From Gekko japonicus (taxonomy: Eukaryota), in NCBI RefSeq assembly GCF_001447785.1, contig NW_015165278.1, positions 16,620 through 80,619 on the forward strand: DNA of 64,000 nt, read 5' to 3'. Position 1 is the stretch's first letter. Every line of letters begins with the position of its first letter. The notes under the pieces were generated by a model. It saw only the letters and a program-made list of their open reading frames with translations, did not search any database and was not told where the DNA came from. The translations under genes were made by a program, and so were the position numbers. This document shows positions 26,727 through 39,747 of the stretch, in pieces.

Positions 26727-26853
26727 CAGGGCTATTTTTGGACAGGAATGCACAGGAACGGAGTTCCGGCTGGCTCCTGAGTTGGCCACACCCAGCAGAA
26801 ACTCATTAGCATAATAGGCCACACCCAACAGCAGAAACTCATTAGGAGCCCTG
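26727..26853. mobile_element. hAT MITE family B (CAGGGCT...GCCCTG) nested in a Squam3-like SINE; longer copy at 1997-2392 inside an RTE
   Basis: 8-bp TSD TCAAGGAC; internal repeats CACACCC..CAGGAACTCATTAG shared with 1997-2392. Confidence 0.85.
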
Positions 26854-26948
26854 TCAAGGACAGTTCTCAAGAGAGCTCTCTCGGCCCCACCTACCTCACA
26901 GGGTGTCTGTTGTGGGGAGGGGAAGGGAAAGGAGTTCGCAAGCCGCTC

Positions 26949-27221
26949 TCTTGTGTAGTGGATTAGACGCATGTAGAAACCACAGAGACGGATGTGGTGA
27001 TCAGCATGGTTTACTGGTACACAACTAGAACATAGAACAACGGCCATTAGGCCAACTTTATACAGTACCTGGGAACACCCCTAGATCCTATTGGTGGAGT
27101 TAAACCTCCCGCCAAAGTTCCTATTGGTTCCCCATGGGAAATCCAGGAGCCTAGTCCCCATTGTTTATCTGAAGCTAGGCCATGTGTTGCTGGCGCCTAG
27201 TGGCGGTCAGCGGACATAACA
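26949..27221 (-). mobile_element. Solo LTR (273 bp) nested in a Squam3-like SINE
   Basis: Interrupts the SINE at CGCTC with a 5-bp TSD (26944-26948 / 27222-27226). Termini TCTTGTG...CATAACA; two CCAAT boxes and TATAAA on the minus strand. Confidence 0.7.
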
Positions 27222-29107
27222 CGCTCTGAGACTCCAAGTGAAGGTCGGGGTATAAATCCAATCTCCTTCTTCATCTAACTCTGTGTGGTCTGCTGGGATT
27301 GGTATCAATTCTCCCAGGTCTTTCCCAGCCCCTCCTACCTGAGATTTTTAAAACCAAGATTCTAGGGACTAAATGTGGCACCTTCTATGGGCAAGGCACA
27401 AACTCTACTGCTGAGTTTAAATAGGGGTTTCCAGCCCCATCTTGGGGGAATTCCTGGAGATTTTTTTTGGGGGGGCAGTACCTGGGGAGGGTGTAGTTTG
27501 GGGACGGGAGGGAGCTCAATGGGGATCTAAAGCCATACAGTCCATGCTTATGTAAGCCGCCCTGAGCCCATTCGTGGGGAGGGCGGGGTATAAATGCAAT
27601 TAAATAAATAAATAAAAATAAATAAAATCCTCCAAAGCTGCCGTTCGCTCCACGGGAACTGATCTCTAAAGGCTTAGAGACCAGTTGTAACTCCAGGAGA
27701 ACTCCAGCCCCCCCCCCGAGGTTGGCAACCCTGCTGAGCTATGGGCTATCCACCTAGCGATGCCCGTAGCACCCATTTCCTGGCAAAATGGTTGAGCAAA
27801 GCCCCGTTCCTTGCTAGTTTTGCAGCCCCGGCAGCAATCACTAAGCAGTGTGGGGAGACTGATGCTGGCACAGAGTACCGAGCGACAGGACAATCCCCCT
27901 AAAATTCAAGTTTAGAAAATGGGGCTTCTGCTCAGGATTCCCCCACTTCGTAATTTTGCATTCTTCGCTTCTGACCAGTCCCGAGCCTCTTAATGTTACT
28001 GGAGCTGGGAGGAGGCTGGCTTGTGTTCAGTTCCCATCTTCAGGACAACACTCCACACAGGCATAAACAGTCTTCAGTTGCTAGGAAAGAGGTTACTGCC
28101 GTGTAGAAACCCCCAGAGGCACAAGGACTGAGATAATCTAAACAGAAGAGCTGCAGTCCACAAAAACTCTGGCGTAATCTAAATTACTTGAGACCGCAGC
28201 TGCAGGTTTCTAGGGCACGGACCGCAACTGACTACTGCGATGACCACACACATACACTGAACCTAGGGGTTCAGAGTTGCACGGCATTGCACTGAAACCG
28301 GCATGGGGCCCCGTCCTCCCCTGCACTAGCATCCTCTTACCTGAGCCAGGGTGGCTACTAGCCTCTGCTTCCAAAATCCTAGTTTCTGTTGGAGAAGGAT
28401 TTTGCCTTTCTAGGTGCTGCACACTCCTTGCTTGATGAATGCAGGGAGAACTGACCCCCGCCCCCAAGCAGCTGGATGCTGAAGCCTACGCTCACCCTGT
28501 GGGCTGTGCCAAATGTAGAGGAGGAGGAGGAGGGGCGTGGAATGGCTGTCACTGGGGGTGGGGGAAGGTGTTTGTGAATCTCCTGCATTGTGAATCTCCT
28601 GCACTGGATGACCTGGAGGTCCCTTCCAACTCTATGATTCTATGATTCCAAGAAGAGGAAAAGTTGGTTTTTATACCCTTCACTACCCAAAGGAGTCTCA
28701 GAGCAGTTTACAATCACCTTCCCTTCCTCTCCCCACAACAGACACCCTGTGAGGTAGGTGGGGCTGAGAGAGCTCTGAGAGAGCTGTGACTGGCCCAAGG
28801 TCACCCAGCTGGCTTCATGTGGAGGAGCAGATTGAAATAGAACAGAATACCCCTCTGTTGAAGACTGGCCACAAATCTGAGGATGGCGAGGAGGAGAGCC
28901 AGGACTGCATACTGAAGTGGGTGGACTGTAACTGGCAGAGGCTGGGAAATAAAGGCTGCAGACCTTCTGTGAGCCAGTCGCTCTTTTCTTCTCAGCCTCA
29001 ATCTGCCGGACAGGTTCATTGTGAGGTGAACATGGAAAAACAAACAACCCAGGTTTATGGAAAGATGAAATACAAATATAATTTTCTAAAAAGCCGCACC
29101 CATGAAA

Positions 29108-29655
29108 CGTTTTACTTGCATGCCTGAAATGGAATGAATGTCAACATGAAAAGGTTGCCAGCCTCCAGCGCATGTGGTGCACATCACCATTTACTGGTGT
29201 ACGTCCTGGCTTGTCAGATACACAGTGGCCCAATCTGCATCTAGCATTTGCTCCGCTGTTTTACCAAACCCCCACTAGAACAGAAAAAGATGTGTCTCAA
29301 AACCACATTCAAATAAAAAGTCACCCCTGAAAGGCCATAAAACAGCCATAAATCTATGCAGATGGCTACCATAAAACCGAGAGATCAAACGAAGTGAACG
29401 GGCAGGCAGTCTGGACACTGACATAAAATCTGACAATCCATCAAAGTGAAAGTGGCATGCAATGCAGAGGGGATATATCTGTTCCAGCGTGGGTTTGGTA
29501 AAACTGTGGAGCAGATGCTAGATGCAGATTGGGCCACTGTGTATCTGACAAGCCAGGACGTACACCAGTAAACGGTGATGTGCACCACATGCGCTGGAGG
29601 CTGGCAACCTTCACATGCTGACAATTCATTCCATTTCAGGCATGCAAGTAAAACG
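29108..29655. repeat. Long inverted repeat: arms 29108-29284 and 29478-29655
   Basis: ~177-bp arms with about 11 differences by eye; 193-bp spacer. Confidence 0.95.
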
Positions 29656-30089
29656 CCAAAGTCAAATACCAACAATCCCATCTGAGTGAGTGGCTCTCAG
29701 TTTTCAATGGTTTTATCTCTTTGAGTTTTCTGGACATCCACAGAATTTGCCAGGGACTGCCGATGTTCACCAGACTTCAGACGTGCAGACACGACTGTGC
29801 AATCCCAAACCGAATTCCACCCTCCCTAAACCAATGGGCTTAGAAAGGCTTAACTCTGCTTAGGACTGCCCTATAACGCATGTGGAATGTCATGTGAGAA
29901 TGTGGCAAACACTTTCACAGGCAGTGTGTTACAGTGGCACACCCTCTGGGGAATTAGATTGGCCGTGGTATTGCAAGGGTGGGTTTTGTCATCCAGTAAC
30001 ATGCGACGCAGCCGCAGACATTTCGCTCAAAGTGCTGCAAAGCGGCAGGGATGTGTGGGAGAAAGAACGGGGAGCGGGCGCATTCTTAC

Positions 30090-30215
30090 TTCTCATTACG
30101 GCATGCCTGGAGTAGTACTTAGGCTGGGGGAGCACGTTGCTTGGAGTCTGCGATGCCGGCTTGAAGCCTCCCACGGGGAAATTCCTTTTCAAGCTCCAAA
30201 TTCCTTCCAGGGCCA
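30090..30215 (-). CDS. C11orf97: C11orf97 homolog, coding exon 3 (VALEGIWSLKRNFPVGGFKPASQTPSNVLPQPKYYSRHAVMR)
   Basis: Acceptor cctag|, donor GAA|gtaaga, 126 nt. Close to human VALEGIWSIKRNLPVGGLKPG..LLPQAKYYSRH (recalled). Confidence 0.92.
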
Positions 30216-31693
30216 CTAGGCATAATGTTAAGAACAAGGCACTCGTTTTTTTTTATGGAACAGTGCCATTTTTTTCGTAGGATGCGACTGTACAACCGCA
30301 CGACTCTGATCCAGTGGAACTGCCAGCCCCAGGTGTGTGGATTTCCGCCACTGCTCCCCTTCCACAAGCAGTCGCTTTCATCTCCCTAGATAGGTGATTC
30401 CCAGAATTCAGGGAGGGGCCGTGGCTCATTGGCAGAGCATCTGCTTTGCTTGCAGAAGGCCCCAGGTTCAATCCCTGGCATCTCCAGCTAAAAGGACCAG
30501 GTAGCAGGTGACGTGAAAGGCCACCCTGGAGAGCCACTGCCAGTCTGAGTAGACAATACTGACCTTGATGGACTGATGATCTGCTTCGGTATAAGGTAGC
30601 GTCATAGGTCTAATTGTGGCATGGAGGAACAGGTAGGGGAGGAGTGGGAGGGGGTGAAATCACCTCCTGGCTGCAGCCCTCCCCCCCCCATCCAGTGTGA
30701 GCTTTTCTGACAAGGGCCTCTCAGCTCCAGCAATCAAAAGGGACCGCTGGGGGGGAGAGAAACATGGGGGAAATCTGCACCCACCAATGCCTTCTACTGA
30801 TGGTTGGATCTGTGCCTAATCCTGCAAGTTACCTGGATGCCGTTTGAAGGCCTGTGAACGGCACAAATGTAAATACTCCACTTCGTCTGTGTCACTTCAG
30901 TGGTGCCGCTTGTAAACTAACAAGGGTAAACATGTGGAGTAAATGGTTTTCGGTGCCCTGGGGAACTTTGGAATGTCCTAGAAGTGTATCAGTGGTTCTC
31001 CAATGAGCTCAACCGTGACAGGCGGTCTTTTCTGAAAGACGATTGATCTCCTCCAGGAGTGTAAAATATCAGGAGTGTGGTTTACAGGGCATGCTCAATT
31101 CATGCAGGGGATCCCAAAGGTCTGCCCACCGCCCCACATGAATGCAGCATGCACTCCAGAACATGCCTCAGTGACATGCGGGCATCCTGTGGTAGATGAT
31201 GAAAGGTTCCTCAATGAATTCTGAAAAGGGTTCCTTGCAAGTAGGAAGTCTTAAAATCACTGGTTTATGTGAATGCATATGGATGCCCATCAAGATGGAT
31301 GGCAGATGTATGGAGATGGGCGGACTCTCCCTGTTTATAGGAGGAGATAGAATCAGAACATGAATCGCCATCAGATTCAGTGAGGGTGACCATCTGCATT
31401 TGCAGGAAAAGACAGGGTGGGTGGACAAAGACAGCACCTGATGAAAGCTTCAAGGGACACAGCTGATAATGGATAACTGCAGTCACCATGTGGCTGTGCA
31501 AATCTATTGTTGGGGAGTAGTATCACAATGACACTATAGCTGGCGTTAGAACAGGCCTGCACAACTTGTGACTTACCGAGACAAACACAGCTCAACAGCT
31601 ATGCAGTGTGGCCTCCTAGCAGGGCCAGTTCCAGCATTTCGGGGGGGGGGGAGTGTCTCTGGGCAGAAAGCCTCTTTCCCACCACCAGGTCCG

Positions 31694-31933
31694 CTTCCTG
31701 CCCCTCCACTGCCTGTGTGTCCTTCCCCCACCTGCTCACAGCTGTCTGCCTGCCTTTCCCCCAGAGGCACTGGGCAGTGCATGCGGATGGGACTGCCACC
31801 ACCAGGGGTCATTCTTCCTGCCCCTCCACTGCTTGTGTGTCCTTCCCCCATCTGCTCACAGCCGTCTGCCTGCCTTTCCAGCAGAGGCACTGGGCAGTGC
31901 ATGCGGATGGGACTGCCACCACCAGGGGTCATT
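31694..31933 (+). repeat. Direct tandem duplication, 120-bp unit
   Basis: Two near-identical copies. Confidence 0.9.
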
Positions 31934-34298
31934 ACCTGCCGGAGTGCCCCAGAGCGGTGCTCTGGCAGTAAGGAGCCCGTGCCCCGCCCCCTCCTGCAGA
32001 GACTCAGAGAGGGGCGGGATTTAAATGCCTGGGTTCCCTGCCCTTCCCCTCTGCAGCCAGTCCGCTGCGGCGGGTTGGCTGGAGAGGGGAAGGGGAGGTG
32101 GGCAGACTCTGCGATGACAGTTCTGTCCCTGTTCATTAACACGCTGGGCTGCCAAGCCAAACAGCGGCTTACCCAAGAAACTTAATTCACATACATTGTC
32201 TTTGGTCTGATTTGATAATATACCTAGTTCATAAAACAAAAGCATCATTTGTGCTTTAGCCTCATAATATATGTCAAGGTGCAAATATTCTCAGAAACGC
32301 ACTTACATGACTTGTGTGGAGGAGGAAACTGTAAGTTAACTGAAGTCATCATTTATGTTCTGTACAGGCCCAGATGGCTCCCCACCTCTTCCCCCTCGTA
32401 AACCTATTTCCTATTAGTTTCCCAGAAGTGGCGTTTCAGTGCCTTCTGTGGCTAGCAAGAGCAGATGACATTATGCAAAGTGCAGCAATGATACAATGAT
32501 TAGCATCTTTGTTCTTGCTGTACAATTCAGCTTCCTTGGATCTCTGTAAAAGGCACGCTACACGCAGTGTGGAACAATGATGTCCTCATCAGAGAAATTG
32601 TAGACCCAGTGAGGTGTAGTGGTTAGAGTGTCAGACTAGGACCTGGGAGAACCAGGTTCAAATGCCCCACCCACCCCGCCATGGAAGCTTGCCATGGATG
32701 ACCTTGGGCCAGTCACACGTGATCGGCCAGACCTACCTCACGGGGCTGTTGTGAGGTTAAAACAGAAGAGAAATAAGCAACTTTGGGTCTCCACTGTGGA
32801 GAAAAGTGGGGAATGAATGAAGTAAATAAATCAATATTTAGGAAGCGATTGTTCTCCAGGCCAGTTTGGCTGGAGATCATGGAGTTTTTTTGTCATCTTC
32901 TGGGGGTGGAACAGAGGTCACTGGGGGTGGGGGGGAGGTATTTGTGAATTTTTTGCATTGTGGAGGGGGTGGCCTAGATGACCCTCGAGGTCCCTTCCAG
33001 CTCTATGATTCCATGAATATTGTTGTTCTATTTAATTTCACTTTAGTTCAGCTCCTGAGTGAACAGCTCTGAGAGAACTTGTGACTGACCCAAGGTCACG
33101 CCAGCAGCTGCATGCAGAGGAGTGGGGAATCAAACCCGGTTCTCCCAGATTAGAGTCCATGCTCCTAACCAGGACACCAAACTGGCAGTGTGCAGATTTT
33201 GATAGGAGACTACATGTATTGCCCGAGGGGTTTTTGTTTGTTTGTTTTGTTCTTCCTCCTTTGTTCCCCACATTCTCTTTTTGAGCCCTTTTTAGGCGGT
33301 GAACCTGAGATCTGCCAGCTGGCTGGCTGGCTGGATGATGAATGCAAACTAATAAAAGAGTTGGGATGATTACTGGTCTGGGAGATTGATGTGATGACGA
33401 CAAACGCAAAGCGAAGAAGCGCGTGTTGATCTTGTGTGAGAGACGAGGGAAGTTTGCTCTTCAAAGGGAGAATATAAATATCTTGACAGGTGGCCCGTAT
33501 GTTCTAGTGGCTGAAACCCAAGTTCAGATTTCATTGGAAGCTGCTGGCCTTGATCCAAGAGAAAGCATGCAGGGCTGAGGAATGCCATGTGTATCTGTCC
33601 TCGGGCTGAAATGCCCCATTCCAAGATCTGGGGCTAGGCAGCCGCATTTACAACAGCACTAACTATGTATCTGAGGAAGCAAGGTGGGGGCAGGTAGGTC
33701 AGCCCTCCCCACCTTTGCATCCCTCCAAAAGATGACTGGGGCAGTAGCCAGTGATGCAGCTGTGGTCATTTACATGCAGACTGGACTCCTCAGTGGTGCT
33801 TTCAGCCCGTGGAGATGCATTTGCCTGTAGGTGTTCCTTATCCAGCTCAGGATGTGCACAGGGAAGCCAGCTTCTACATGCATACAGCCATAGCTGAATC
33901 AGGGTGATCATCTCTCAGACTAACATACCTTACAGGGGCTTAGACAGGATCGGCTGTGAAAGTGTCAGAGACGTCTCCCTGAGCTCCAAGAGGGGGACAG
34001 AAGAGATACGAACGTGACAAGCAAATAAGTTTTCTACAACATCTTATGAACCCCACCCCCAATGATATTGCAGAATTTAAATCCATCTGATGCTCACACA
34101 ACACATTCTCCCCTTAAAACCTCCACATTTACACTCTTCTCAGCACACTGACTTCAACAGACTCTGTTTAGGACCGCAGTGTTAGATTTCCTGAACGCTT
34201 TTGTTTTGTCCTTATTTAATAAATGCCTATGTTGGACTCCAACATTAAAAGAACAACAAACCCCCAGGGTGGTTTCTACGACTGGCCACAGCGCTTAC

Positions 34299-34403
34299 CT
34301 TCTGAAGGGTGCTTGATTCTGCACTCATCTCTCCGGAAATAAAGCTCCTCTTCGAGCACTTCCTTAACTCTCCGAGGCGGCTCCACATATACGAATTTCT
34401 TCC
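34299..34403 (-). CDS. C11orf97: C11orf97 homolog, coding exon 2 (WKKFVYVEPPRRVKEVLEEELYFRRDECRIKHPSE)
   Basis: Acceptor aaaacag|, donor GAAG|gtaagc, 105 nt. Similar to human WKKFLYCEPHKRIKEVLEEERHIKRDECHIKNPAA (recalled). Confidence 0.9.
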
Positions 34404-35854
34404 CTGTTTTACAAGAGACAGTGAAATTGATGCCAGTGCACACGGATGCAATCTGGAGAATAAATCTGCTAGGGAATTAAAGACTCCTGTAAGACCACCG
34501 CATCTCCTTGTGAATGAAGTTGCTATATATATATATCCCTGCATTTCTTACTCCTCTTACTGCCCTCTCCCAGTCAAGCTTCCACTAGGCAATTATGCCA
34601 TGACTCTGCACAGAACATGATTTGTTCAGTTACTCCTGATGTGGATCTGCAGTAGAATATGTAGCTATCAAAGGAGGGTGCTAGTTGCAGCTCTCTATGT
34701 CTCTCTGACTGAGAGTGTAGTGGTTAAGAGCGGTGGACTCTAATCTGGAGAACCGGGCTCGATTCCCCACTCCTCCACTTGAAGCCAGCTGGGTGACTTT
34801 GGGTCAGTCACAGTTCTCTCAGCCCCCCCAAAATAAACCTAGCTCATCACAAAAAAGAGCTACAGTGTCAGCCTGCCAGACAATCTTCAGATCTCCTGGC
34901 TTCCATATGATATTTAATTAATCCATCTCTCTGTTCAGGGGTACCTCATCCTAACCCAGACTCAAGCAGAATGAAGTGGCCCTTGCTTGAAGGACAATGC
35001 CTTATAATATTAATCAAGTGCCGTCAAGTTGCAACCAACTTCTGGTGACCTCACACAGGGTTTTCAAGGCAACAGATAAGCACAGGCAGTCTGTCAGTGC
35101 CTTTCTCTGCACAGCAACCCTGGTCTTCCTCGGTGGTCTTCCATCCAAATACTAGACATGGCCAACCCTGCTTCGCTTTCGAGATCTGATGTGCTTGGGC
35201 TACTCTAGGCTGTTCAAGCTGCTAACAATATCTTGCACCTCCACAACTGTGCTGTCTTAAAGACCAGCAGATCTGTGACATAAACTTGCAGCTTTCCAGC
35301 AGGGCCATTTAGTGAAGTGCTGGGCCGGTGACTCAGCTTCCCTACTAAAGAGGCTTGCTAGCACATTCTACTGCCACGGGTTCTGCTTCCCCCACATCTC
35401 TCTTGCTTCCAGGTTCACAACTGGAAGGTTGGTACTGTAATAAAAAAACAAAAAAACCAGCCTCACAGCATCGTATCATTATGGCTCCAAGGCCAGCATC
35501 TATTTCAAGCTGGGACAGATCCAGGTGTATTAAGAAAACGTGTAAGATCACGAGGCGCTCATCAAGCAATTCATTATGCTGCAATTGAGTTCCTAGCCTA
35601 TATGATTGTAATTCCAATTTCAAGAGATACCCTAAGGATACAGAACTGATGATAGCTTGACTATTGGGTGTTAGAAAGTGTCGTCAAGACGCAGCTAACT
35701 TATGGTGACCTTGTGGGGTTTTCAAGGCAAGAGGTGCTCAGAGGTGATTTGTCATCGCCTGCCTGCATGGCAGGTACCAGAACAGTGTAGTGGTTAAGAG
35801 TGACAGACTCTAATCTGTAGAACTGGGTTTGATTCCCCACTCCTCCACGTGCAG

Positions 35855-36320
35855 CCTGTTGGGTGACCTCAGGCCAGTCACAGTTCTCTTAGAACTCTCT
35901 CAGCCTCACCAGCCTCACAAGGTGCCTGTTGTGGGGAGAGGAGGGGAAGGCGATTATAAGCCACTCTGAGACACTAGAGGCCTGTTGGGTGACCTTGGGC
36001 CAGTCACAGTTCTCTCAGAACTCTCTCAGCCCCACCAACCGCACAAGGTGCCTGTTGTGGGGAGAGGAAAGCATTATAAGTTACTCTGAGACACATGAGA
36101 CCTGTTGGGTGACCTTGGGCCAGTCACAGTTCTCAGAACTCTCTCAGCCCCACCAACCGCACAAGGTGCCTGTTGTGGGGAGAGGAAAGCATTATAAGCC
36201 ACTCCGAGGCACATGAGACCTGTTGGGTGACCTTGGGCCAGTCACAGTTCTCAGAACTCTCTCAGCCCCACCAACCTCACAAGGTGACTGTTATGGGGAG
36301 ACAAAGGGAAGTTGATTGTA
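35855..36320 (+). repeat. SINE-derived minisatellite (4 x ~120 bp of the Squam3-like body)
   Basis: Units start at ~35855, 35980, 36101 and 36219. Confidence 0.9.
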
Positions 36321-37098
36321 GCTGCTTTCTTCTCCTGCCTCTGTGTAGCAACCCAGGACTTTCTTGAAGGTCTCCCAACCTAGTCCTAACCAGGTCTGAC
36401 CCTGCTTAGCTTTTGAGATCTGACAAGATCAGGCTAACCTAGGCCATCCAAGTCAGGGCAATCTGACTATCAATTGAAATTCCCCTCGTTAAGATTTTGT
36501 ATTCTTTTTAAAGGCCCTTAGTAACCCCGAGAACCTGTGTGTGCGTTGCTTTAAAAAAAAAAAAAAGGTTCTGTAATAAAGTAATTCCAACTTTTCACCA
36601 AGATTGAATTCTGCAACCCATATACAGTTCCACAGGTTAAACGGAGTTGCCCGGTTTCTCTTATTTGTCTGTTCTTCACTGTTCATCATTTCGCAGAATA
36701 GTTTTTCCTCATCGTGGGTAGGGACAATGAGTCATCACCTAACAAACAACACAGGGACAATGAGTCATCACCTAATAAACAACATCCCACTTAGCCTCTA
36801 TTAACCGGACCTGTGCTTGATCTCACCAGGCAGCTGGCAGACCTAAATTACACAGAATAATCAAATAATCAGACATCCCATCAGATCGCAACACACCTTG
36901 TACGCAAACATGCTTCGATGCACAAAGACTTGCTTTTAAAAGGACAGAAGTAATTCTCAAGAATCTGAATATTGTGACCGTGACCTCATTCGGCGCTTTT
37001 TCTCCACTCCCAGGGAATTCTACCATGTACACAGGCCTGACGGCAGTCTTTATAATCTCAAAACGCATTTTGTTTGTTTCAGAATATATAGCTTCATA

Positions 37099-37116
37099 GA
37101 GTGCCCTCTGGTGATA
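37099..37116 (-). promoter_or_regulatory. Candidate CTCF site
   Basis: Minus-strand TCACCAGAGGGCACT matches the CTCF core; motif only. Confidence 0.4.
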
Positions 37117-37614
37117 AAAACAGAGAAATTCCCTGTTTGCCTTTTCGCTCTCCTATCTATGTAACTTCTCCATATATGTAATAAGACCACGTTGGCTGCT
37201 CTGAACTCCTTGGAGGAAGCGCAGGATAAAATATATTAACCATCGCACGTTCAGCTTTCCACAGTTTAATATCTGCATTTTCAAAACTAATGTCCCAGCT
37301 GAATGGAGTTTCACTTACATCAGTGTTTCTAAAACTTTTGAGGCTAAAGGCACACGATTTTTTGGTTCTGAACTAAAATCGGAAGCCTACTTCACTCTTA
37401 CACGTAACACATTTTATTTTTGGATTGCAGAGGCAAATTCCAGAGAAGCAGCTGTGTTAGGGAGCAGTCGTAAGCAGTTCCTACTGTGCGACACTAAGCA
37501 GTTAACGCTGTTCTAAACTCAACTGACTTTAGTGGATTTAGAAGTGTGGGAAGCAGAGTGGCTATGCAATGGCAAATCACCTCCATTTTTTCTCTTGCCT
37601 TGAAAACCCTACGG

Positions 37615-38063
37615 CAGGCATGTCCAACTTCGAACAGGTAGTGGTCTATTTTTTTCTGGCCAAAAGTGCCGGTGATCTACCACCATGAAAATAAAGTTTC
37701 AAATTAGATTTTAACCCACTAAGGTTGGGTTCCACCCCCCCCCCATTATAAATTAACTCGTAAGCAAAATAAGCAAAAACAAAACAAAGAGACGCAGATC
37801 CAGAAAGAACTGCAAACATTTTTTTATTTTTTATTGAGTTATAACTTTCTTTATCTTTCTCAATAACTTTCGTTAACTTTTATTCAGAGTTATTTGTGTT
37901 AAATGTAGGTCAAGTATTGATCCAGGCTGACCTTGCGCAATCTTTAAAACTTCGCTCTTGCTCATTAGTGAGACCATTAGTGAGACCTAGTGGGGCTGGT
38001 GATCGACCTCTGACCCCTCCGCGATCTACTGGTAGATCGCGATCTACCTGTTGGACATACCTG
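37615..38063. mobile_element. Non-autonomous hAT (Charlie-like) element inserted in a 5S-SINE tail
   Basis: TIR CAGGCATGTCCAAC/GTTGGACATACCTG; perfect 8-bp TSD CCCTACGG. Confidence 0.88.
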
Positions 38064-39209
38064 CCCTACGGGGTCACCAAAAGTTGGCTGTAACTTGACA
38101 ACGCCTTCCTCCATCTCTACCATAAAGCTTCTAAATGGCCCAGGCTAGCCTGATCTTACACACCCAGGGAAATGCTGATTGCCACTTTGGGGTCAAGAAG
38201 CAATTTTTCTCCAGGCCAGTTTGGCCCGGGATCCTGGAGGGTTGCTTTTTTTTTTTTGTCATCTTCTGGGCATGGCACAGGGGTCACTGGTGGTGTGGGA
38301 CGGAGGTATTTGTGAATTTCCTGCATCGTGCAGGGGGTTGGACTATATGACCCTGGAGGTCCCTTCCAACTCTATGATTCTATGATCTCAGAACCTAAGC
38401 AGGGTTGGCTTTGATCAATACTTGGATGGGAGACCACCAAGGAACTCCAGGGTTGGTATGCAGAGGCAGGAAATGGCACAACACCTCCATTATTACTGTT
38501 CTTATTGTTATTATTGTTACTACTAAGATTTTATTGTTTTATTGGATTTTATGCATGGGCTGTTGCCCCTGTAAGCTGCCCTGAGCCCGCTCTGCGGGGA
38601 GGGCGGGGTAAAAATGCCTAAATAAATAAAATAAATAAATTTGTCTCTTGCCTTGAAAACTCTACAGGGTCGCCAAAAGTAGGCTGTGACTTGACGACCC
38701 AAGCTTCCGCCACCAACTCTGCTCGGGATTATGCAGTGACTCTTTTACAACAAAAACAGAGGACTGGCAGCAAGTCTTGGCTGCGTTCAAGCAGACTCAC
38801 ACCACAGCAGACATTCCACTTCCATCATCTGGCAGAATGCACAAAACATAAATGTTCTGGAGGACATTTTTATAAAGGGATTAAAACTGTTGTGTAACAG
38901 AACAGCTCAAGAGGTCACTTTTATTAGAAGAGCATAGGATAGTAGCTTACGGCAATGCTTCTGGTACCTTATCACCTTACTTTTACTGCATTCCCTTCTG
39001 TCTTTGTAACCCATTTTTTAACTTTGTGGTATGTCCTGCCTTAACAGGTTAATTTTTTGTTTGCATTGTTCCCCCCCCCCCCCCCCAACCCCCCTCTCCG
39101 TCCTGATTAGTTTCTTGGACATTTTATGCCTTCTGATTGAATTTTTAAAATATATTTTGTAATCTGCCTTGAGTCTCAGGGACAAAAGCAAGCACTAAAC
39201 ATCTTAGAT

Positions 39210-39402
39210 CAGGGGTGGCCAAACTTGCTTAACGTAACAGACACACAGAATAAACATCAGATGTTTGAGAGCCACAAGACATGAACAAATATTGCACACA
39301 CATTTTTATTGAAAAATATGCAAATTTGCTTTTTATTAACATTAAATTAGACTGTGTGAGAGAGCCGCATGTGGCTCCCAAGTTGCAGTTTGGCCACCCC
39401 TG
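39210..39402. mobile_element. hAT MITE (TIR CAGGGGTGGCCAAACT)
   Basis: Perfect 16-bp TIRs; TSD TCTTAGAT/GCTTAGAT. Confidence 0.88.
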
Positions 39403-39747
39403 GCTTAGATAAATCCTTTCATAAGGCATCATGGTCAAATGGGAAGTCTCCCTTTTGATTGACTTTAGTATGCTGGTACCAGAGTATACTTTTTAAAAAG
39501 ACCAGAGCCTTTTTATGTAGGGAATAAAACGAAACCTGCCTATAGGTCATTATGTGCAATTATATCATTAACATACACTGCCCTGTCTACACACAGAAAC
39601 TATGTGCTGGGAAGTTACTTGCTACTTCCAGAGAGGTATATGTACGATACGCATATGTATGATGATCAAAAGTGACAATCTACACATTTGTTTTCTTACA
39701 GAGAATCCAGAATAGGTTGGTTGGTTAAACTGTCCATGAGTGCTAAA

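Noticed and set aside
31568-32185. 205-aa and 195-aa ORFs with an internal repeat
   Set aside because: Caused by a 120-bp GC-rich tandem duplication that is open in several frames; no coding signature.
38384-38445. 5S rRNA-like sequence
   Set aside because: Partial and diverged, and fused to an RTE-like tail: a 5S-derived SINE.
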